Source of the DNA: an uncultured virus (IMG/VR IMGVR_UViG_3300029922_000048)
Taxonomy: Duplodnaviria; Heunggongvirae; Uroviricota; Caudoviricetes
Virus record (IMG/VR): IMGVR_UViG_3300029922_000048
DNA length: 20,000 bases
Strand: one strand, 5' to 3'
Translations under genes and position numbers: made by a program
Shown: one piece after another, positions 8,085 to 14,793 of the stretch
Layout of the letters: each line of letters begins with the position of its first letter
How positions within the stretch are numbered: position 1 is the first letter of the stretch
The notes under the pieces: model-generated
Told to the model about the DNA's origin: nothing
What the model saw: only the letters and a program-made list of their open reading frames with translations
Database searches by the model: none

Positions 8085-8185
8085 CCGAGGGTGGGCGAGC
8101 AGTGAAGCCACTTGGGAAACGGTACCGGTAACCCAAGCGCCGTGGGGCATTAACAACGCTGGTGCAACTTCAGCCCCGAGGACCA
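8085..8185 (+). tRNA. non-canonical tRNA-like RNA B with an enlarged anticodon loop
   Basis: Acceptor CCGAGGG/CCCGAGG (tandem G.A mismatch) followed by A-CCA; D stem GGC/GCC; CTTGGG-15 nt-CCCAAG arm; long variable region; T arm GCTGG-TGCAACT-TCAGC. Confidence 0.65.
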
Positions 8186-8343
8186 TTTCATTGTGCTGAC
8201 ACATGTCATCTACCTGGATCGAGCGAAGGAATCGTACTCACCAGGTCAGTACCAAGTAGGAAGTAGCATAATAATGCTTCCTACCGTAATAAGGGGTGGA
8301 CCTCCCAACACCTATAACGATTTCCAAGGGAGGCTTCGTTTTC

Positions 8344-8489
8344 GCAGGAGTGGTGAAATTGGTAGACACACAGGCTCCATGTCGCGATTTTAACAGCGTA
8401 ACCGCATCTCTCATACAGATGTTAAGCCGCAATGACGACTGAAGCCCGTGGATTTAAAATCCGTGCAGGTTCAAATCCTGCCTCCTGCA
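8344..8489 (+). tRNA. tRNA-Leu-type body with a 68-nt structured sequence in place of the anticodon loop (RNA C)
   Basis: Acceptor GCAGGAG/CTCCTGC with A73; D arm GTG-AAATTGGTAGA-CAC; anticodon stem CAGGC/GCCCG enclosing 8376-8443; variable arm GGAT-TTAAA-ATCC; T arm GCAGG-TTCAAAT-CCTGC. Confidence 0.85.
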
Positions 8490-8556
8490 CATCTTACGAC
8501 CCATCGGGAATCGCCTGACTGGACAGATCATCCAGCCTCCCCTAGGGTCATTTCTT

Positions 8557-8651
8557 CACGCCATAGTTTAGCTAGGATGTTCAACTTCGGTTGGATGGTC
8601 AAAACGCCGCCTCCTAGGGTGGAAAGGTAGGTTCGAGTCCTGCTGGTGTGT
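8557..8651 (+). tRNA. non-canonical tRNA E with a hairpin inserted in the D loop and a 6-nt anticodon loop
   Basis: Acceptor CACGCCA/TGGTGTG; D stem GTTT/AAAC enclosing 32 nt that include GTTCAAC-TTCG-GTTGGAT; anticodon arm CCGCC-TCCTAG-GGTGG; T arm GTAGG-TTCGAGT-CCTGC. Confidence 0.75.
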
Positions 8652-8664
8652 CTCTTTACAACTC

Positions 8665-8820
8665 CGTAGCTGCTCAGTAGGGTAGATCGTCGCCTAGGAT
8701 GCGTCCCCACTGAAGCTTTCACAGTACTGTGTGTTTCGCCTGTCCTTACTCTGGGTCGTTTCTCGATTTCCCGCCCCAGTGGTTTCCAGGTCTTTGGCAC
8801 AGTTGCTGGGCAGCTACGCC
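8665..8820 (+). ncRNA. unidentified ~155-nt structured RNA F
   Basis: 15-bp closing stem CGTAGCTGCTCAGTA/TGCTGGGCAGCTACG, whose two U:G pairs favour the + strand; inner helix CCACTG/CAGTGG. Confidence 0.6.
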
Positions 8821-8936
8821 CCTTTGCCGGTTAGTAAACCGGATGGTGGAATCGTGAGCCCGTGCATGCAGCGATAACGTTGAGGTTCATGCACACCTCG
8901 CGCCCTCTTGGTTGCTTAGTTGCCCAACTCGACCAA

Positions 8937-9020
8937 GCCCGCCCCTACTTTCTCTGGGGGCGGGCAAAACTTTACAACCTCCCCACCTTGATTCGAGGGT
9001 GGGGAGTGACCCTTTCTTTT
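8937..9020 (+). terminator. two GC-rich hairpins closing the RNA island (putative terminator or processing signal)
   Basis: GCCCGCCCCTA/TGGGGGCGGGC (8937-8965) and CTCCCCACCTT/AGGGTGGGGAG (8979-9006), followed by TTTCTTTT. Confidence 0.5.
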
Positions 9021-9027
9021 AACCCCT

Positions 9028-9768
9028 ATGCTCAACATCATCAAAAACCAGTTCAAAATCAATCCGGTTCGTCTCACCCGTCTCTTCACGTTCACATTCA
9101 GCTACATGTTCGCCTTCATGTTTTGGGCCTATGTCTACTCAGAGTTCCTTAGGATTGACCACACTGATCCATGGTATCAGCTTCCCTTCATATCTCTCTT
9201 GGCATCGGTTCTGATGTCCTATATCCCGATGGTATTCGGGGTGGTAGCACCCTGTGCGATCTTGGAGTCGGTGGTGGAGAATGGGTTGCGGCCCGGTATC
9301 CATCTATCCAGGAATTCGTGGTATAGTAGTATATTGGTAGGTGCCGAAAAGCCTGCCCGGACATTGTGTGGTCACTGCTGGCGTACACCGCCCCAGATGC
9401 TGCTCTCGCTGATGTTCTATCTGTTGTGCGCAATATTCATACCGGTGTGGTTCATCTTCAGGTTAGTGATCCTGATCCCCATCATTTTGGCCGGGTCATG
9501 GATTGTTAACCGAGTTATTGCAGATCGCCGCACTTTGTGGGAGGTATCGATAGACTGGCAAACCAACCCCGCCGAGGTGTTGACCGCTATCCCGCGTTAC
9601 ATCCCTAAGAAACCCTCCAGTAGTGAGCCCACCAAGTTCCAGATCGTGGTCGAGAACTTCTTCTCCAAGGTGGCGGAAGTCCTGGTCGCCACCAAGCAAC
9701 GTGCTTGCCCCCGCATTGACTGGAAATACGATTACGAAAAATTCGACTCCTCAAATGACCCTCGATAA
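9028..9768 (+). CDS. multi-pass membrane protein of unknown function
   Basis: About four hydrophobic segments; a CGHC motif. Confidence 0.75.
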   Translation: MLNIIKNQFKINPVRLTRLFTFTFSYMFAFMFWAYVYSEFLRIDHTDPWYQLPFISLLASVLMSYIPMVFGVVAPCAILESVVENGLRPGIHLSRNSWYSSILVGAEKPARTLCGHCWRTPPQMLLSLMFYLLCAIFIPVWFIFRLVILIPIILAGSWIVNRVIADRRTLWEVSIDWQTNPAEVLTAIPRYIPKKPSSSEPTKFQIVVENFFSKVAEVLVATKQRACPRIDWKYDYEKFDSSNDPR

Positions 9769-10963
9769 GATACTATCAATCAAGACCTTCGCGGAAGCTC
9801 AAGCATTGATCTCTCGGTGCAAAACTCCCCAGGGGTTGTTCCCGTGGATCATCACCAAGAAGTCCCTGCAGGAGAAGCAGGACCTCACCACCAAGGCCTT
9901 CAGGGCATTGTCAGTGTTGGTTCATCCCGACAAGAATCCAGCCGCCAAGGCCCGAGCCGAGATAGCATTCAAGGCCCTGGAAGGATTCAGGACTCAAGCA
10001 GACGAAATCTGCTCGGGGGTCAAGAAGAAGAACATCCACGACAATGGTGTGCTGGTTAACCCGGTGGTGTTCTCGACCAAGCACGGTACCTACACGGCGG
10101 TCCGGAGGATTGCTGAAGGTGCCACCTGTACGGTGTTTGAGGGAACCCTCCAGAGCAAGGGTCAGGTCTCCGGTCTGGAGGTCTTGATGCGTGTCCCGAA
10201 CTCCTATCGCGACAATGACCTGATGAAGCGGGAAGCTGTTGCGTTTGGGGTAATGCGCAATAAAGAGAAGGAGATGGGGAAGACTCCAGAGGGTAAAGAG
10301 GCTGCGAAACGGTTCATGGCACGCCTACCTGGATTCCTGGGCTCAGTCGAATTGGAGCAGCCGGGGGTCCCGGACAAGAAGGTGGTCAATACCTTCGTGA
10401 AACCTGGAAATCTTGATGAATGGTACACGCTGGTTCAAATTCACGACCAGTATCCGGACGGCCTCGATCCCAGGATCATGTGCTTCATCTGGAACCGCAT
10501 CCTTGAGGCTCTCACGTTCACCCACGCGGCCCGCATTGTCCATGGTGCCCTCACCCCCAACCACATCCTTGTACGCCCACGGGACCACGCAGGGCTCTTG
10601 ATTGACTGGACGGCATCCACAATGGTGGCATCTGGTGATCGAGTCCCCTACTTGGACTCCAAGTACTGTACGCTATTGCCTCCGGAGATCACCGGTACGG
10701 TCGGGTTAGCGAACCCAAGCTCCGACATCTATACATCAGCATGGTCAATGGTGTGGTTGCTAGGTGGAGAGCCTGTCGAGCAATCTATCCCGGCTCACGT
10801 ACCGGAACCATTCAGGCAAATTCTAAACCGGTGCCTGCAACCTAAAATCAGCTCCCGGTATCGCAATGTCAGTGAAGTTTATGAACACTTTCAGCAAGCT
10901 GCCCGTGGCCTTTGGGGGCCTCGGAAGTTTGTTGAGCTAACAATGCCTCGGGCTGTCGCCTAG
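9755..10963 (+). CDS. J-domain (HPD) plus degenerate Ser/Thr protein-kinase-fold fusion
   Basis: The likely start is ATG 9755 (MTLDKIL). J-domain AFRALSVLVHPDKNP...AEIAFKAL; kinase motifs IAEGATCTVFEG, VLMRVP, KRE, VHGALTPNHILV, LIDW, PPE, SDIY and RCLQP...SRY. Confidence 0.85.
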   Translation: MTLDKILSIKTFAEAQALISRCKTPQGLFPWIITKKSLQEKQDLTTKAFRALSVLVHPDKNPAAKARAEIAFKALEGFRTQADEICSGVKKKNIHDNGVLVNPVVFSTKHGTYTAVRRIAEGATCTVFEGTLQSKGQVSGLEVLMRVPNSYRDNDLMKREAVAFGVMRNKEKEMGKTPEGKEAAKRFMARLPGFLGSVELEQPGVPDKKVVNTFVKPGNLDEWYTLVQIHDQYPDGLDPRIMCFIWNRILEALTFTHAARIVHGALTPNHILVRPRDHAGLLIDWTASTMVASGDRVPYLDSKYCTLLPPEITGTVGLANPSSDIYTSAWSMVWLLGGEPVEQSIPAHVPEPFRQILNRCLQPKISSRYRNVSEVYEHFQQAARGLWGPRKFVELTMPRAVA

Positions 10964-10995
10964 GGCTATGAAACCAAAAACAAAAAGGAAACACC

Positions 10996-12060
10996 ATGGG
11001 CTCGACCCAATTTGATTCAACATCATACACAGCCGCAACTCGCAGTCTCAACGCCTCAGGCATGTCGTTCAAGCGCCAGGCTACCGCCGCCGCCACCGGG
11101 CAGCTCAACGCCTCGTCCATCGCGGACCCCCTCAACCCACGCAAGCTCAACCGAGCCATCCACTCGCAGGGTGCTCGTGAGTGCTGTAAGGTGCCGGGCG
11201 TCAATGATGTGCTGAGCATCGCGGCCTGGATCGACCTCACTGGTTCAATGGGACAGTTCCCGTACGAACTCCAGAAGGACCTCCCGACCATCATGCAGAC
11301 CCTGATTGATCAGGGCATCACCGAACACCCCAGTATCCTGGTCGGTGGCATGGATGACGAGATTGCTGTCCCACCGGACGCCTGTCTTCAGATCAGCCAG
11401 TTTGAGACCGGTTCCAAGGAACTTCTGGACGCCATCAACAACATCATCATCCCCTCCAACGGCGGCGGCAACCGGGGTGAAAGCTACCATCTCGCATTTT
11501 ACGCGATGGCACGCCACACCTACAGCCAGCTGTGGAGCGAGGACCAGCAGAAGGGCATTGTGTTCCTGATCTGCGACGAGGAACCGGTCATCGGTGACCG
11601 CGACCCGTCCCGGTTCGGTACGACGCCCGAGATTGCCAAAGAGTGCTTCGGCGATACTCTGGAGAGCGAGGTCCCGCTGCTCACGAGTCTCAAGGAGGTC
11701 GTTGAACGCAATCACGTGTTCATCATCCGCCCAGACCGTTCCAGCCAGCCCCAGATCACCAAGAAGTGGCAGAAGCTCCTCAAGGACGCCGGAGAAAACC
11801 CCGAGAACGTCATCGACGGCATCAAGACCACCGCCGAAGTGATCACCTACATGGTGCTCATGATTGGGCAGAAGCTTGGCCACGACGTGGACGACCTCGC
11901 CGACGTGCTTCGCACCAAGGGTGCCAGCATCGATGCAGTGACGCTCAGCGCCGTCAAGGCCATCGTTCCGGTTGGTGGTCCCTCTACCGCGATCCAGACG
12001 ACCGGCACCGCCTCAGGCGAACTTGCCACGACCGACACCGCCGGTCGCGCTCGTCGCTAA
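10996..12060 (+). CDS. von Willebrand factor A (vWA) domain protein
   Basis: MIDAS-type IDLTGSM, GGGNRGESY and FLICDE; RBS AAAGGA upstream. Confidence 0.85.
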   Translation: MGSTQFDSTSYTAATRSLNASGMSFKRQATAAATGQLNASSIADPLNPRKLNRAIHSQGARECCKVPGVNDVLSIAAWIDLTGSMGQFPYELQKDLPTIMQTLIDQGITEHPSILVGGMDDEIAVPPDACLQISQFETGSKELLDAINNIIIPSNGGGNRGESYHLAFYAMARHTYSQLWSEDQQKGIVFLICDEEPVIGDRDPSRFGTTPEIAKECFGDTLESEVPLLTSLKEVVERNHVFIIRPDRSSQPQITKKWQKLLKDAGENPENVIDGIKTTAEVITYMVLMIGQKLGHDVDDLADVLRTKGASIDAVTLSAVKAIVPVGGPSTAIQTTGTASGELATTDTAGRARR

Positions 12061-12123
12061 CACTTGAACTAATGGCTGGCGGCTCGTGCACCATCGTGTA
12101 GCCGCAACTCGTTAGCTCTACTT

Positions 12124-12158
12124 GGGGTCATCGGGAAACCGGTGGCCCCTCCCCTTTC
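12124..12158 (+). terminator. GNRA-capped hairpin (possible terminator or attenuator) between the vWA and PurA-like genes
   Basis: GGGGTCATCGG-GAAA-CCGGTGGCCCC followed by the pyrimidine run TCCCCTTTC. Confidence 0.5.
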
Positions 12159-12203
12159 ATGCATAGTACATTGCAACCCACACTCAAACAAAAGAAGACA
12201 TCA

Positions 12204-13526
12204 ATGATGAACCATCGAGCACACATCTTAGTCGGCCTCGGATTCGGGGACGAAGGGAAGGGTACCATGACAGACTGGTTCTGTCGGGAATCGAAGCCGA
12301 ATTTGGTCGTGCGTTACAATGGTGGAGCGCAATGCGGGCATAATGTCATTACTCCAGAAGGTAAGCATCATTGTTTCAGCCAGTACGGTTCCGGTACTCT
12401 AGCGGGCGTCGATACGCTCCTTTCTAAGTTCATGATGGTTAATATGTACAGCTTGGCCCACGAGGCAGCCTATTTGGCTCCCCTCTACCCCGACAAGAAT
12501 CCGGTCGATATGGTGATGATCGACGGGCGAGCCCCTATCCTGACCCCCTACCATGTGATGGCCAACCAGTTGAAGGAGTTCATGCGCGGCAATGCTCGCC
12601 ATGGCTCCTGTGGGAAGGGAATAGGCGAACTCGGGTACGACATGGTCCACCACCCCGACGAAGTCCTCCATGCAATGGACCTCAGGGATCAAGACAAGAC
12701 TCTCGATACCCTGCAGCGCATCCGTGCCAGGAAGACTCACGACCTCATCATGATGGGGATCGGGAATCTTCCCATGAACCACAAGCTGTCCCAGATATTC
12801 CGCAAGGAATTCGAAGAGCGAAAGGGTGTGGAGGACGCTGCAATCTTGCTCAAGATCGCTAATCGCTACAATATCCTGGAACCGGACCGGGTCAATGACC
12901 TGGTCCGTACCAGCGATGTCGTGATGGAAGGAGCCCAGGGGGTACTGCTGGATGAATGGAAGGGCTTCCACCCCCACACCACGTGGTCCAACATTACGGT
13001 CGAGAACGCCTACGCGATCCTGACTGAGGCGAGATGGTCGGGCGAGATCGAAACCACCGGCATTATCAGAGCCTACGCAACACGTCACGGGGCGGGACCC
13101 TTTCCCTCCCACCAAGACGGGATGCTCAAGATCAACCCACTTGAGCATAACCAACGCAACGACTTCCAGGGTTCCTTCCGAGTGGGGGACTTTGACTTCG
13201 TGCTGTTCGACTACGCTTGCCGTTGTATCCCACAGCTAACCAACATCGCGTTCACGCACGCCGATATGGTGGATAGACTGACGGGTGTCTGCTGGTCCTA
13301 TCAGTTCGACAATGGGAAGCAGCTCGACACTCTACAACTTAGCTCGGGTCATGATCTGTCCCACCAGACCACCCTGAACGACACACTCACGCGCGTGAAA
13401 GCCCTCCGGACCGCCCCACCTTCCGGTGGTCTCGATGGCTTGATCGATGCAGTAAAGACTTGCGCCAACAGACCTGTTGCCTACATTTCCTCAGGTCCTA
13501 CAGCGCATACAAAGCAGCGATGCTAA
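12204..13526 (+). CDS. divergent adenylosuccinate-synthetase (PurA)-family protein
   Basis: VGLGFGDEGKG, VRYNGGAQCGH, EGAQGVLLD, YATRHGAGPFP, THAD and YISSGP. The start is probably ATG 12204 or 12207. Confidence 0.88.
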   Translation: MMNHRAHILVGLGFGDEGKGTMTDWFCRESKPNLVVRYNGGAQCGHNVITPEGKHHCFSQYGSGTLAGVDTLLSKFMMVNMYSLAHEAAYLAPLYPDKNPVDMVMIDGRAPILTPYHVMANQLKEFMRGNARHGSCGKGIGELGYDMVHHPDEVLHAMDLRDQDKTLDTLQRIRARKTHDLIMMGIGNLPMNHKLSQIFRKEFEERKGVEDAAILLKIANRYNILEPDRVNDLVRTSDVVMEGAQGVLLDEWKGFHPHTTWSNITVENAYAILTEARWSGEIETTGIIRAYATRHGAGPFPSHQDGMLKINPLEHNQRNDFQGSFRVGDFDFVLFDYACRCIPQLTNIAFTHADMVDRLTGVCWSYQFDNGKQLDTLQLSSGHDLSHQTTLNDTLTRVKALRTAPPSGGLDGLIDAVKTCANRPVAYISSGPTAHTKQRC

Positions 13527-13610
13527 CTCGGCCAGGGGATGGAGTAGGTAAAAAGGGCCTGCCCCAAGACCCTCTGGCTAAACCCCACACCAAGATAGAA
13601 GCCGTAAACT

Positions 13611-14441
13611 ATGGAAACCGCACTAGCCGGTACCCCGTCAGTCCCCGTCAGCTCGACCGAATCCGTCAACAATGAGTATTTCCTGGAAAGACTCCAGCAT
13701 ACTCTTGAAGTCATTCGGTCAAACCCCCGCCTTCAGCGTGAGAAGGAATGGGTCGCGAAGGAATGCATCGAGCGAGATATTGCTCGTATATGCAGTCCTG
13801 GTATTCAGAATCATTTTTGCTTCATTGCAAAGGTGCTTGATGCGACTGATCCTGACCACCCGAAGTTAGAGTACGTTGAAAACCTCGCAACGTTCCAGGG
13901 ACTTTTGGGAGCCCTGGAAGACCCTGAGGTTGTTGGAACTTACGCTGGGCAGGATGCCAACGAGGTTACAGTCTTGATCGCTCCCCTACCTCAGAACTAC
14001 GTGGCGAGAGTCGCGTGGGTGCGCTTCCGGCACATCCCTGAGGCATTCAAGGCTGACGGAAGAGTTGTGTTGCGTGAAATCTCCAGCACGAGTGTTGGGG
14101 ATAATCATCTGCAGTGTATCCTGGCTTGCCGTGACATGGATATGCCGTGGACTGATATGCCGAACCGAAACATTTCCTTCCAGGAGATGCACAGGAACTA
14201 CCACTGCCTCACAATCAAAGTTAATAACGGTGATGGTACAATCAAGTCTTGGAATCCCGGCATGGACCCCGACATGGCTCCGTGCATGTCGATGCAGGAT
14301 ATGTTTGTTCGCGTGGGACACTTCAACCCGAAGCCCCAGGCCAACCAGCATTCCCAGCCTCACCATAAGGGAAAGAAGAATCGGAATCGCCCCGGTGGCG
14401 ATCCCAAAACGAACGGACTCGCAAAGATTCCGTTGAACTGA
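13611..14441 (+). CDS. hypothetical protein (276 aa) with a basic disordered C-terminus
   Basis: Long ORF with the same TAAACT-ATG start context as the gene at 1078. Confidence 0.75.
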   Translation: METALAGTPSVPVSSTESVNNEYFLERLQHTLEVIRSNPRLQREKEWVAKECIERDIARICSPGIQNHFCFIAKVLDATDPDHPKLEYVENLATFQGLLGALEDPEVVGTYAGQDANEVTVLIAPLPQNYVARVAWVRFRHIPEAFKADGRVVLREISSTSVGDNHLQCILACRDMDMPWTDMPNRNISFQEMHRNYHCLTIKVNNGDGTIKSWNPGMDPDMAPCMSMQDMFVRVGHFNPKPQANQHSQPHHKGKKNRNRPGGDPKTNGLAKIPLN

Positions 14442-14481
14442 CTCGGAAGTAAATAGGACTTCCGCGTTTCATTGCCCCCTA

Positions 14482-14793
14482 ATGACGAAAAGTCGTTTGT
14501 TAGTTGTGTTAGGATTGTTGGTCAGCGCCGGAGTGAGCCTCGTAGTTCACTCCAGCGCCGTACTGGGTACCTGGCTATTAATCGAGAACGTACTTATCTT
14601 GGTGTGCGCTCTCGTGTCGATGGGAAACGGTGTGGTTTCCCGCCAGGAGTTGGAATCCCAGTTGTCTGCGTTGTCGGCCCAGAATATTAATCTCTCGCGT
14701 GAAAGGGATCAGATCGGACAGGAGCTGGTAGAGGCTCAAAAGGGAAAGATTACGAGAGATGAAGGATCAGGGAAGCCCGTCCACGCCGGATGA
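14482..14793 (+). CDS. membrane protein (two TM helices) with a C-terminal coiled coil
   Basis: Two hydrophobic helices followed by the heptad-like ELESQLSALSAQNINLSRERDQIGQEL. Confidence 0.7.
   Translation: MTKSRLLVVLGLLVSAGVSLVVHSSAVLGTWLLIENVLILVCALVSMGNGVVSRQELESQLSALSAQNINLSRERDQIGQELVEAQKGKITRDEGSGKPVHAG

Noticed and set aside
8376..8443. Group I intron or canonical archaeal bulge-helix-bulge intron in the Leu-type tRNA
   Set aside because: Too short for a group I core, and positions 32-35 do not form the required 4-bp helix with the 3' end of the insert. A non-canonical intron remains possible.
8665..8820. Hammerhead ribozyme or SRP RNA
   Set aside because: No CTGANGA core paired with GAAA, and no SRP domain IV motif on either strand.
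7980..9020. CRISPR array
   Set aside because: No direct repeats of constant length with spacers; the elements are inverted-repeat structures with different sequences.
7486..9152. Short ORFs 7486-7692, 8016-8204, 8193-8393, 8238-8432, 8448-8630, 8528-8800 and 8862-9152
   Set aside because: They overlap tRNA or tRNA-like structures, have mostly non-ATG starts and show no protein motifs.
1096..13154. Long antisense ORFs (1096-1743, 11245-11883, 12399-13154)
   Set aside because: They are shadow frames of codon-biased + strand genes; the vWA and PurA-like genes carry clear family motifs, and the 1078-2190 ORF is longer and fits the operon.
12204..13526. PurZ / 2-aminoadenine (Z-genome) pathway
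   Set aside because: The catalytic motif is GDEGKG with Asp, not the Ser of PurZ, and no datZ- or mazZ-like neighbours are present in the window.
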